Shown in pieces: positions 42,301-55,079 of a DNA stretch of 64,000 nucleotides. The notes under the pieces were generated by a model. That model had not been told where the DNA came from and made no database searches. It was given only the letters and a program-made list of their open reading frames with translations. This DNA comes from Phoronis australis (lineage: Eukaryota > Animalia > Phoronida). Both the position numbers and the translations under genes were made by a program. The DNA is taken from the NCBI GenBank assembly GCA_002633005.1, contig NMRA01000257.1, positions 455,612-519,611 of the forward strand, given 5' to 3'. How positions within the stretch are numbered: the first letter of the stretch is position 1; the number at the start of each line of letters is the position of its first letter.

Positions 42301-45300
42301 GCGCATGATGCGGATTCTTGTCCAGTAACACATTTGAAATTTACGGCGTCCAGTGAGAAATGTATTTCCATGGAGATTACCCATTCTTCATACTGTACAC
42401 AGCCCTTCAGAACAAAAATAAATACAGTTATTACTCACATGTAAGAAACGCTTAAAACAGCTCTAAAACGACGTACCCGCGTTCCTTCACAAAAAAAGCT
42501 TTTGATATTGACCACATACTGTTATGCAATTGGTATCAAATTGTTCCTAAGTGGAACTAGATGCACTTTATGCGCTCTACAAGTTGACTTGTCACTGACG
42601 ATGTTCCCTTTTATTCTGCGAGCATGGCTTGTCCGCCCTTTGCAAGACCAAAATCACAATTTGAAACCAATTTGAAAAGGATGAATTCTCTAAATAAAAA
42701 ATTAGTATGTTTGGCGGAAGGTGGGTTTATTGGGATCGTTAGTGACGACGTATCTGCCACTAATATGAAGCGATTTTCAGGGGCAGGGCAGAGTATCAGC
42801 CAGGATTTTGCCCGTCAGACATTCACACCCCCGAACTGCCAAATGGCATTTGGGAGAATTTTAGGGGGGCATGCCCCCTTTACCTCCCTCCCCCCTCAAT
42901 CCGCTACTGATTTAGACCAACAAATAGGAACAGTCACATGTTATTTTCAAAAAAATTTCATGGCTTGAACTTTTTGTGATTCAGGTAACCACGGCGACAA
43001 TTTAACATTTGAAATTTTTACAAAATCATGATTTTGTGTTTAAATTAATGGGTGTTCTACGACAACGTTTGCACTCATGGGGATTAGGATTCACGAGGTC
43101 CATTTCAAAGTTTTTTAATACAACGGAATGTTACGCATGCTTACTTTCTAATATAACATAAGAAGTTAATGAATAAGTAAGACTACATTAAAAATCCCCA
43201 GTTTCTCACTGTAACAATCGCGTTTCTTTGCCATTTTTTATTAGACCTGGTCTGCCGCCGGGGGCGGCAGCGTAAGCATCACAATGGGCGGCATCGCAAG
43301 CGAAACCTAGTCGGACGTCCGCGGTGCTATAATTTGGCGATCTCAAACCCGAAATGGCGAGCTGAGATATTACCCTGTCAGAATATAGACTGACACTGTT
43401 TTTATTTGTATTGTTTTGTTATTCTGTTTGATTGGCATGACCCCTGAGTTAAGTACAATGATGATGTCATTTGTTTACTACAGTATAGTGAGGAACTTTC
43501 TAGAAGACTCTAGCATGACAGTGATTGATGTAGTCTGGAATATTCTAGAGACTAGTATATGTTTGTAGATTGGGTAGATTCAGGAAAGTTCTAGAATGTG
43601 CTTGAATTAATGTAAAGTTCCAGAACAATGCGTTAGGCTATAAATACACAAGCACGGGTTTGTGTTAATCAGAGATCAAGTCAGTTCAAGAGAAGATGAA
43701 GTGAGCTCAAGTCAGTTCAAGAAAGTTAATCAGGAGAATTACGGTTGAGTTGCAGTGAAGAGAATCAGCAGTTACAGCGATAGTCAATAGAGAGCCAGCT
43801 ATAGAGACAACATGGTTATTAATTGAATCGACGAGTGTAACAGTTGCTGAACGTGTCTCAGAAGTTCATCACAAGTCAAGGCTTCGCAACACTGGCTGGA
43901 GCATAAACAGACATTACGTCGGACGTTTTGTTTGAGTAGGCTTGTGAACGTACGGTCAGGATTAATTAAGGATTAACTCGAACCAGTCTTCAGTCAATCG
44001 TGGCACCGAAAGCTATTAGCACTGGTCTGTAACAACCTGCGCCCACCCACACGTACGGGGAAAAACGTGACATACCCAACTTGTCAATTGCCAGTTGGGC
44101 ATTTTCTTAACGTCGGACGCTGCTGTGTTCTTGTACACACAGAGTAACAAAAGTTTGATTTTGCACAAAAGATACCTATTTACTCATGCGTTTTGCCTCT
44201 TCTCAAAGGCGTTTCAGCTTTCTGGGGACTTTTCAAGCCCGAATTCAGTCCAGGACAGTTGGAGTTACCTGTTTTCCGAGTTTGTTTCCAGTGGCTGCAC
44301 ACTTGGTTTTTGAAAAGATTATTAACCCATAGGCGGATTTAGGGGGGGCCCAGGGGGTCCGCCCCCCCCCTCGGCTGCCGCAAAAAATAAAACAGTAAGA
44401 GCGTAGGGAAATGTTGAGTTTATTAATTAACCCCTGTAATTAAAATTATAAGGATGAAAACAGATTTAAATGTGTGCAGTTTTAGTGTTGGAGGGGGGGC
44501 TCAAATCCAATTTCATGTGACAAATTCGGAACACGACGCATTCGTAACGGAACTATGGCTAAGTATAGGCTCTCCCGCGATATCCCAGGCGACCGACAGT
44601 AGCGCTGCACACTACGACTCCGTTTCCGTCGTCTGCTCCACTGTGCAATGAAGAAAATTTACTTCATTTTTTAAAGAAAATGGAACCTGATTGACGATGA
44701 AAAAACGGAAGCTGCTGGTAAGATGTGAATTTTAATCGATGCCTTAGTGAATCACTCAGAGACTCGCAATACTCTCTATGTCAAACCTTATCTTAAGACG
44801 ATTTCCAAAGCAATCCCGTCATTATTGCCAACACGAAAAACGGATTTGGTCTTTTGGGCATTTGAAGACTATTTTAAATACGACAAATTTGTTAAGAATT
44901 GATGGCACAAAATATAAAACGTGTAATAAGCATTACAAAAAGAAGTAGGTTTCGCTGTGGACCATAAACAAGTAGGTCTCTTAGTATGAGATTAGTAGGT
45001 AAATCGTGGTGGTGTAGTGGTAACGCACGCTCGCTTTATCCTTCAGGTCGTGAGCTCAAGTCTTTGATACATGAAGTTTTTCCTGTTTGACACGTTCTCC
45101 GTGTTTTTTTTTTTTTTTGCCTTTTTTTCTTGGATAATACCTCAGGAATCAAGGAAAATGCTTAATTTTTAGAGGTAAAAACAGAAAATTTTCCTGGGCG
45201 GGAGGGGAGTTTGCCCCCGTCCCGATCTCCCCCCATTCGGTGCTATGCGCATCTACAATCGTGGTTCAGTTTGCGCCAATGCTTACAGCCGGACAAAATG

Positions 45301-48300
45301 TTGGCCCCCCTTGTGATATCCTAGATCCGCCACTGTAACCTCCATGCGAAATTTTAGAATGATGATTGCAACACTTTTATCTCGGAAATGTATTTTAATT
45401 TTAAAATGTCTTACCTCAGTACTTAACATGGTGACCACCCATTCTTTCTGTAAGTCAACTTGAACATATTCCCCTGCACTTAACGAGCCGCTGCACCAGG
45501 CAAGTCCGCTGTTCAATGTCACCAGTTCAGGTGCGCATGTTTTATATGTACTAGAAGCCGAGAACGCGTTTTGTGGTAAGTTCTCCAGGCCGACTGGTTC
45601 ATCCACTTGGTAAAAGATTTGTCAAAGTTAGTATTATAAAGCGGGCCATGCGATAGCATAATGCAAAACCAGTCACAGTCATACAAAACTTGTTTCAGAC
45701 CACTTATACCGGTATGAAATTGTTCTCACATTGTTCCTTAGTGAAAATAGATGTGATATCTGGGCTACATTTCATAAAAATTAGTCTTAAGTTCTATTGT
45801 TGGCATGGCGTCAATAAGCGCAACGTGACATGTGATGGAAGGACAGCATTGTTATTTCGCTCTAAGTTAAAACTAAAATAATTACCGGGCTCCGGTCTTG
45901 GAAAGAAATGACAATTCATTATTGCTTAAGACGAAGCTCTGCAGGTTGACTTATTCAAGGTGTGTTGTTTTATTCGCCGATTTAGCAATAACAAACTGTC
46001 ACTTCTTTTCAAGACAAAAAAACATTTTTCATCTGAGCGAGGAGCATGAGTTGTACGAAATTTTTAGCGGTAAGTTAGTTTCTTGGACGGAAAGCGGATT
46101 TACAGGCGCAATAAGTAAGCAGGTACTTTTGAGACTTTGACCGTCTTGATCAATGAAATATGACATTTCCACAGAGAAAATGCTCTTAATTGGACCAAAG
46201 ACCGTTTCATTGCGCAGAACCGTTACACTTGCGGCATTACATGGGAGACCTATTCCCTATCGAGGACAAATATAATCCCACATTTTACGTATCGCTAACG
46301 CATATCTTTGCTCACAAATGCTGGTCCCCGCAGTGGTTATTCCCTGCACGCCGAACTCTTCTCTCGCGGGGACGGCTTGGCATGACATGGTAAAAGTGTG
46401 AAAAATCACTTATTGCAAATACATTCCCGCCAATTTTCAATAATTCGTTTCAAATAGAATCATTGTTTAGATCTGAAAGTACACACACTTCCCTGTTCGT
46501 GCGCGGCTTGGACCTGCCGCGCACAAAATTTTCTCGCACGTTCATATGATATTGTCAATGGCGAAGGATACGCTGAAAAGTTGCGCTCAACTTGACGGTT
46601 GTTCTGCTATGCCGTGACATTTACACTGTCGATGATTTTGCAATGAAATTAAAAAACTGGAAGACATTTCCGCACAATGCGTATTGAGAAGAAGACTAGT
46701 TTCATTGATTTTATGATAATCAAATAATTTATTCAAAAATAGAAAATAGTCCAGTAGCTTGATCGACGAGTTTGTGCTTCAGTAAGAAATAGGCCTCTGG
46801 GGCAGGAAATAATTTGAGGGAGCAGAATTAGTCTGTACACGAAGAAAGAAAAGTAATATAATATATCCGCGAGCAAGGAAAAGTAGTCCAGGATATGCGT
46901 CCGCGAGAAGGGAACAGCATGCGCGAGAGAAACTTTTGTGCGCGCGCAGGATAGTCAAGGGACCTTGTTATTTGATAGCGATCATGTGCGTAGCAAACGA
47001 GGGAATAAAATACTAATCTACTACTGCTAGTAGAGGATTCCATTAACTTTTCTGTTGATAACGAAGTGTTACATCTCATTAACATCTCATTGCATTTCTC
47101 CAACACGTAAAATACGAGAAGCACATCAAAGGCGCCCGCCAAGTGTTTGGCAATATTTTGTTCAATTTTACCATTGCGTGTATTGGCAATTTGCTCAAAG
47201 TGCTCCTGCGAAACAAAAATCACACCAAATCCTGAAGTGAATTGCTTAGTACACAGCGATAGAACGTTTTAACCTATAACCTACCAATAGGCTCTTTTTC
47301 ACAGATGACATGTCTCTCGCTGTTGCAGTCAACTGTCGACAAGGTACACGTGCTGTTACATGACAACACGGAGCATTCGCTCCCAGATATCAGTGCCATG
47401 TCACCGCTCATCCAATTATAGTCGTCATACTGGCTCTTCACCCCTGTCCAGAAGAACCCTTCCTTCTCCCTGCCAAAATGAGATGAGATTTTTCGAATTT
47501 TGTTTTTCAAACTAAATTGTAGGTTTTGAGATTCATTAATGTCTGCAACGTGTTACCTTTCAATACTTTAATCCAGGCAAAAGTTGTTTAAAAACGTGAT
47601 TGATAAGTCGAGTAAACTACGAATCGTTAACTAAGGTTAAACTCTACGATCGCCATGCGTGAAAGGTCCCTAACTGATTGTATGATTTATTTAACATTAA
47701 GATTCGAAAACTTGTACGGAACCATCTTACTTTGAAAGCTGATGATAAAGTGTAAGGCAACTGTCGATAAACTAAATGGAACCGTCTTAGGCGGTTTGAG
47801 TCCGGTAAACTGTACATAGCCTTTCATGTAAGGCTGATACACTACACAAGGGTTTAACGTTCAAAACTGGAAGATTTTGCAACCCGTCCTACGTTAGAAA
47901 ACTGTACGTCCGTCTTACGTAGCACAGTTAATTGGCTAGACTTCGAAACTGGATTATTTTTGTACGGCATGTGTAGAACGATACGAGATAACTAAAGGGT
48001 GCAATTTATAATTGGCAAATTTAAAGCGCGCTTGGAATCTGAACTCGGGCGATCTACCGCTATTAAAGGTTCGTCTTCGTTGTTTGGAAACGATAAAGCG
48101 TGGGGCAAGATGTCTTCTTTGCTTCCCTAAACCACCACATTTGGCGTTGCTGTCAACTGACAAATGTCCTAACGTCTGTCGGTAATCTACACTGATGTCA
48201 TACGGTCGTGTGTCGATCTACCCGTTTCTTTGCTGTGTCCCTAGTTGTTCCAGACGTACAGAGAGTCGCGAAAAAGTAAATCAATATTCCACAGCTTTTG

Positions 48301-51300
48301 CAAGTGACCCACGAAAAAGAAAAATTATTGAAAACAACTGCATGTATAGCTCCCCGTTTCTCAGTGCAAAGGTGAAGTGAACATGACCATTTGACGTCAC
48401 GACTTAAATAGCATTGATCAGATAGCTTGGGATGAGATACAAGAGGCGCTCGTAATGATGGTTGCTGTTAACAACAATGTTGTTGTTGTTAGTCACTTGA
48501 AGAAAACCGGTTTTTACGAAGTGCAGTATTCCTTTAAGGAAATGTGATTGGTGAGATGTTTGCGTTCTCGCTTGTTCCTTGTACCTCCCATGTTGCAGCT
48601 AGCCTAACAAAATTAGTGGACCTTTGAGTTTTGCCCTCGACCCCCTCCCAGTCATGTCAACATTCTTGACTCCCCCTGTTGTCAAGTGGTCACGTCTGAG
48701 GTACTAATACAAATGTCGTGGTTGAGGCAGACCTAAACTGCTCGTGGGCGGTTGCGCGAGAGCACCCGAGTTGTCGGTAGAGGTTTGTTGCCACCCGTTA
48801 ACCCCCCCCCCTTGGCTAGCTATTCGTCTTTCAAATCTAACCAAGTAAAGCGTAACAATACCTTAAGGTTTCAGTAAAGAAATTGCGTTCGTCTTGATCG
48901 TTGATGTAAAGAACGTGACTGTTTCTTCCATCACAAAAGTCTTTTGCCTCTTCATGAGAAACGATTCTGTAATCAATGTAGTAACACGATCTTCCTTTGC
49001 TGTTGACGTAGTTAAGCCAACCTGTCGGGCACTTGTCACCTAAAAATAAAGTTCAACGTGCGGTCGAAGTATCGCATGGTAGACTTACTGTTTATATAGT
49101 GACGACACGCTGGACTGTGTGCGAATTTTTGCAATAATGCTTCTGAGCCCAAAATGAAGAAAAAAATGAACACGTGATTTAGTTGATGACCAGTAACCCC
49201 AATGCCGAATTTACGCTTGTAAATTTTTTACCTGTATCGTCTGCACGGCATTTTATCATACAAAGTTCGAGGAAAATTGATAGGAGGAGATTTCCTATAA
49301 AATTTTTAATTTGAATTTAATTTTATATTCAAAAGAGCAATTTTATATTCAAAAGAGCGGGTTTTAGATAATCATTTCCACCTACACATCTGGATCTTAC
49401 GGGCGTGGTATCTCGAGGTTACCAGTAGAAACGTAACTACTGTCATAAAAATGGTTTAGTATTTTTCAAAAACAACTCCCTTTAAAAACAGTTCCTGTCT
49501 ACTGAGTAAAAAACATACTGGAATCGTATTAAAAGGACCCTAATTGTTAGAAAAATGTTTTTCTGTGATCAGCCCCTGGCGATTGAAGCCTGAAACCTTC
49601 TGTGACATATACTTGAATTTGACACACCTTTTGCGACTGTACCTATATGTCTGAACAGAACCTTTCTGGTCGGAGTCGAACGATCTGCTGGCGAAAGCAA
49701 CTTTTTTTCGTGACACTTTTAGCAAAAATAAGGTTCGTTGATTATCCCAGACACATTTTTCACTTAATTACAGCTTTTTGTAATTTGATTAATTTCTCGT
49801 CCTCTACTCCAAAAGTGACGTTTTGGGAGGCAAGAGTTTCGCGCCAATTTCTTTTCGTTATAGTCTGACTGTGAGAGCTGTCGAGTCAGTCATTGTTCTA
49901 CCTCGGTTGTGATAAGTTCGGCCGTCATTTGCTTTTGTTTACAAGTCAGTCAACATGCCACGCTGTTGCTGCGTGCCGGGATGTACTCATTATCGTCTCA
50001 CACGCGCTTTGGGTACCTTGCGTCGCTTTCCGAAGGATGACACACTTCGCCGTACTTGGCTAGCTCGTTCATGTGAAGAACGCAGTGCTACCCGTCCACG
50101 CAACGTACAAAGCAGTGGAGGGTTACCGAGTGTTTGGCAAGCATTTTCTGCCGTCAGATTATGACAGATATGTACGCTGAATTGATGAAGGTCCCTGCGA
50201 AACAACGCCTGAAGAATTGTACCATACCGTCGCTGTTGATTCCCGCCAGTGCCCCGTCGCCAACCCCGAGAAGTGCGTTTTTAAAGCGAGAAGCCTCGCG
50301 AGCTGTGGCCACTATATACAGTGACTGGAGGCACTTCATCTACTGTCACCCGTGCCTCCGAACGTACCCCATTGCTTGCAATTCCGGGAACTAGCAGTGA
50401 TTCGCCCTGTGCTGTTGTCTCTAGCTCAGAGCCTGTAAGTAGCCCTGCAGCGATGTTGAGTAGTGGGAGTGAATACAGGCCCAGTTCGACACCCAGTGAA
50501 GATGACAGTTCGTCATCCAATGAGCAGATCGGTGAGCCTAAGTTTGATAAGTTTATTGTGGACTTGTATTGGAGCTATTTGGAAGGTGCCAGGTGTGAGG
50601 CGAGGGAGTCACACGGCGGGATGTAAGCAGTTTGGGTGCTCAGATCACCCTTCAGTGGGAGTGTGTCGCGGGACACTCGGAAAAGTGGGACAGTTCTTCC
50701 TCTGTACGTGAGACGATAATGAGTACACCCCAGTACGCAGCAACAACGTGGCATGTTGACTGACTCGTAAGCAAAAGCAAACGACGACCGAACTTATCAC
50801 AACCGAGGTAGAACAATTACTGACTCGACTGCTCTCACAGTCAAACTATATGAAAAGAAATTGGCGCGAAATTCTTGCCTCCCAAAACGTCACTTCCGGA
50901 GTAGACGACGAGTACTTAATTAATTTACGAAAAGCAGTAAATAAGTGAAAAATATGTTTGGGATAATCAACGAACCTTATTTTTGCTAAAAATGACATGA
51001 AAAAAGGTTGCCTTCGCCTTTAACCCATACATGTCAACGGGAATTACGTATTTGCTAAGACTACGTATTTTTGCAGTTTCTGACGTGCTACGGCGTAGTG
51101 GCAAAATGTTACGTATTTTCGGTAATTAATACCCATTTTTGCCCATGCTCATAATAAAGTTTTAAAACCTTCGCTTTGGCTATCTCTTATGTCGAAATAA
51201 TCTCATATCACGAGCCTTGCTCGACAGGGCCAAAGGAGTTGCCAAGGAGTATAGCAAAACTCACAGTTATTAGATGTAAGAGTATCTTATAAGAAGGTAA

Positions 51301-54300
51301 TGCATTTTGACACTTGACAATATTTTGACTCGTTTTCGTAAGTGCCATGGTTTGCTCTTTTTTTTACAAAAACGCTATGGTTAGAGCAAAAATACTTGAT
51401 ATTTGTCTAAGCCCCACTCGATCAATGGTATTTTGAAGCGACATTTCGTCTTGGCATTTTACTCTTATAAAATCGATCTTGTAATATCCCGACCGTGGTG
51501 AGATCGCATTACCATTGCCATCTCAGCTCATATGCAATACACGTACATGAATAATCAAAATAGTCTTTCCAAGGTAAAGAGTTATATGAGAATAATTTTA
51601 TGACAGCAAGAGGTCTTAATTCTAGTTTTTAACCAACTAAAATGCTTTGATTTCAACGAATGTTGGAGACACAACGGCGGGAATTGGCGATTTGTAATAA
51701 TGTGGCAAAAAAACACAAAAATATACTGTTTTATATCTCTAGTCAAAGCTACAATAATCACAAAAAATCGTTTTCGGCAGTAAAAACGACAATGTTGCTT
51801 CAATGAGGGCCAGTCTTCACAATCTCACCAGTTTGTTGGAACGACGTTATTGAAACAGACTGATATTTCATAAATGGGAAAACTGAAATGGCTTTCGAAA
51901 CGAAGATCAGTGAGTATCTGGAAAGTACAATGGGAAAACGTTGAATACACGTAAGTCCTGTTCGGCAAGGGGATTGGAATCAATTGACAATCCATTTTTC
52001 AAAATTATTTATCATTTGCGAACGGAGAATCCTTCTGGAGGGGCGCCCTCATGAAAGCTTCAGTTGCCATTGTTTGCCTGTGACAGAATCCTCGGCTTTC
52101 ATAGTAATGTCACCCTCCTAAAGGGGCTCCCCGATATACATCAACGTTGCATGCCTTTTCTTGTTTTTGTCGAAATTATGCATAATTTTGTGTCTGAAGA
52201 GACCCGCCTTGGAAGACCGCAAATTTAAATCCGTAGGCTTACATGCTACAGGCTCCGCCCAGAGGGGTGCCGGGGCAATTGCCCACTGGGGGATTTTTTA
52301 TACTAAAACTTGGCGTTTTTACGTAAATTTGTACTTAGGCAACTGCGTACATTGTGTTAGTGAATGGATTTGCAACCGGTCTGTGAAAGCATTCCTTAAA
52401 CCGGCATTAAATTCGTGCTGTCCGAAACCCAAGTTTTGACTTAGATATTTACCGTTACGAAGTTAGTCTTCAGTTTTCCCGAGTCAAATAAAGTGTGATT
52501 TACGGGCTTAGAAAGAACTAACACTTGCAATTTTATAACGGTTAGTGGACTAAGACAAGACTTGTTTTTTGACAGAAAACACGAGCTGAATGCAGATTTA
52601 TGATAATTTCAAATTTAAACGTAGGCCTGTTGCAGTTTCGTTCTTCTGAAGCAAAAAGAGTTTACCTCTAAAACCTCTGTGCCGACAAGAACGTTGACTT
52701 TCACAATTGGCCCCAGCAATTCATGTTCTGACGTCTTGTCGGAACGTACTGTTTGCTCAGCCAATACCGAGATATACAGTCCCAATGACGTTACCTTCTT
52801 ACATTTAAGACCGATGTGCATTTGTCTTTACACCTATCGTTAGTTTTATTTCTTCTCAACGTGGCAATGAAGTTCAGGATCAGGATCACTCTGTTACAAC
52901 ACTAAGCTAACGCTGTCGTACTAATTCTCCATGAAGATGATTTCGTTAGTAACAAACCGAAACGTTGAATATGGATATGTCAATTTTCACGTTTACACTT
53001 ATAATTACACTCTTGCTATTATTTTGGCCAAAAAAACAACATTGTTAACACTAACCTATTGTGCATCCAAATTCAATGTGTACACTGTCCTTGTGATACT
53101 GAAGTGGAATGCCACCTTTCTCACGTTTTGTCGTGCAAGTCAATGTCCGCTTATCAAAATCGACTGAGAAACAAGTGTCCGACTTCAGGCATTCAATAAT
53201 GCAGGCCCTTTCGTAGTCAACGTTAGGAATGGTGTCGCCAGTGAACCCGACGCCCTCTCGTTGCTCGAAAAAAACCACCTGAAGTTGTTCACCGCTATTC
53301 AAATCACAGTAAGTAGGATCTGGAAAAAAGACGTTCGAATTTGCAGCATTCAGGAATGATAAAGTTGGTATGGGGGGGAGACAAACCGGCAAAAATTGCT
53401 ACTATCGGAAACTCAATTCAAGAAAATAAACACAATCTTATGATGCTGCAAATCCAATATGCTATTTAGGCTTAGTGAATCCGACGTAAAGTCAACTTCT
53501 TCATACTATCTATTTTATCTTTTATCGTGCAAACACTATGCTGACGTTTTCGCAAGCACTTTTGTAGCATTCTTTACAGGACACCTACACGCAGGGGTAA
53601 GAATAACACGTGAGGTGATCCTCTAATTATAGGCTCAAACTCATTAGTTACGTTAGCAATAGAACTGAGGTCATCTGCTTTGGAACAGTGCCGACCCCAG
53701 GAATTACTTTCCTCAGAGTAATACATGTACACATATAACTGGTCACATCAAAAACAGTAACTGACGGTTTGAGATCTCCGCAAACTTAATTCTGATGGCC
53801 GTCACAGCGCCATCTTGTATCCGATTTCAAGTAAAACCTTCACCGAGTACACCCAGGCAGCTGAGCGATTCGATCGTAACCTGAGTAAAAAAAATTAACA
53901 CTCTCAGCATGCTACCCTCTCACTAGTACTGGGGATGACTGATGAAATTTGGTAAGTGCGTGAGATCAAAGGAAACCTCTCTGGCCATGGGACACAACGG
54001 AGAGGTTTTGCGATTCCTCTTCTATTCTTAATGTTATCATTTGTTTTATATTCTAACATGACTTATGTCTAAACTCGCATTTTCCTATTCAGTGAGCTTA
54101 AATTCGTAAATTGCAGTTCGTCTAAGATTAAGCACTTTTCGAGCAATCTTCCTGCATTTCCAGGATTTACTGAGTGAGGCCTTACCTGGTACATACTGTA
54201 TTCGCTCCGGTGACGGGCAGTAACAGTTATAAATCTCCTCACACGTCGTTTTGCCGTCGGCGCAAGTCACCATGCGTTTTCGGTTGCCACACGTCACACA

Positions 54301-55079
54301 TGGTTGATCCCAGTCACCAGGAATTAACGCTCCAGTTACTGTGTGACATGCAAATCGAGTTACGTTTTAAGCTTAATAAAAAGCGTAGCTGCGATGTGCA
54401 TGCTGTGGAAAGGGGGGGGGGGNGCATGGCGACACACAACAGGGAATTGGACTGTTAGTGTAGGAATGCGCTTGGTAGGAACCCGCTGTGGAAAGGAGCG
54501 GCGCGAAATCGGAAGTCGGGGGGCAGAATTAGGTGAAATTACACTTAGTCGTCGTCGTTTATCATTTGAGTTTATTCTCAAGATCCTCTGTTTGATGGAC
54601 CCTTACACAAAAGTACAACATTGCCAATTCCTAACTGCATTTTCAGTTTGGGAACAATGCATTTTAATCCGATCAGTCAGTTCAATTATAAAATTTAGTC
54701 ACTTTTCTAGGACTCGCCCCACTAATGGCATTTTAAAATCATTTTTCTGTATGTTTTTTGTCATCCGCCTCCCTATCCACCAAACTCCTTCTTTCAATAT
54801 GGCCTCCAAAGCGTATTCAACTTCTGTAGACCACAAGGTAGTGTTAGATACTATCGACTATAAGATTTTAAAAATTGTGTTTTCTCGACGCTCTTTTACA
54901 CTTTTGGAATTTTTTTGGAAAAGTATCATTAGGCAGTCCTTCGGAAAATTCTCGTTGCTGTTTAAGCCGGTGTTTCATTTTAGTTCAATAGATTGGTTAG
55001 ACATTCCACAGGCACATCAGCAATACTTACAAATACCTGCCAGCCACGATACTGTTACAAGACAAAGACATGTCCGCAT
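39324..55079 (-). CDS. Secreted mosaic protein: signal peptide, TSP1-like, PAN/apple, C-type lectin, F5/8 type C (discoidin), TSP1 (about 510 aa)
   Basis: Exons: 55079-55031(or 55037) MRTCLCLVTVSWLA; 54338-54186 GDWDQPCVTCGNRKRMVTC; 53319-53056 ACIIECLKSDTCFSVDFDKRTLTC; 49039-48862 CPTGWLNY...SCYY...AKDFC; 47469-47285 FWTGV...HVICEK; 45605-45415 AFSASS...AWC...YVQVDL; 42404-42297 EWVISMEIHFSLD; 42060-41922 FAGNSD...PVRAKHVRVVP...LRMEVYG; 41431-41243 GGYSQWGSWGNCT...RERSCNNPEP. All junctions are GT-AG and in phase. The terminal exon 39412-39324 is tentative. Confidence 0.85.
39925..40239. repeat. 80-bp minisatellite (4 units)
   Basis: TCGATTTGAAAACGTG...CCTGGTTCAC starts at 39925, 40003, 40083 and 40163. 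Confidence 0.92.
40356..40809 (+). mobile_element. 5'-truncated RTE-clade LINE
   Basis: The frame reads VLLYGSETWT...IEAFEMWTFRRMARISW...RKLKYFGHI...GK..G..ARGKQRRKWLDDIKDW, the RTE RT C-terminus. It ends in a short (GA)n tail; a candidate TSD AATATC lies at 40350-40355 and 40810-40815. Confidence 0.85.
43376..44072 (+). mobile_element. Solo LTR (697 bp)
   Basis: Termini TGTCA...TGACA with a perfect 5-bp TSD TACCC at 43371-43375 and 44073-44077, and an internal TATAAATA at ~43639. Confidence 0.85.
44330..45334. mobile_element. MITE-like element of the GGCGGAT(C/T)TAGG family
   Basis: GGCGGATTTAGGGGGGGCCC at the left is the inverted match of GGCCCCCC...CCTAGATCCGCC at the right. The internal segment ~45005-45062 has tRNA-like A/B boxes. 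Confidence 0.5.
49689..51019 (+). mobile_element. Non-autonomous Kolobok-type element, copy 2 (degenerate THAP and zinc-ribbon fragment, ~315-bp TIRs)
   Basis: Homologous to 2792-4154. The right end is CCTTCGCCT followed by TTAA (51020-51023); the left end is eroded. A frameshifted THAP starts at 49955, followed by a Ser-rich linker and KFIVD...LELFGRCQV*G...WECVAGHSEKWDSS. Confidence 0.85.
49955..50700 (+). pseudogene. Frameshifted and truncated Kolobok transposase N-terminus
   Basis: The THAP domain is split across the 49955 and 50134 frames relative to the intact copy at 3889. An in-frame TGA interrupts the CxxC motif. Confidence 0.75.

Noticed and set aside
45005-45062. Functional tRNA gene
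   Set aside because: An A-box-like TGGTGTAGTGG is present, but the B-box is degenerate and I could not form a cloverleaf or acceptor stem; it is probably a SINE-like remnant.
51829-52890. Extra exons of the mosaic gene (AG...GT-bounded segments at ~51829-51917 and ~52795-52890)
   Set aside because: In the required phase 1 both hit an immediate stop, and the PAN exon joins the CTL exon directly in frame.
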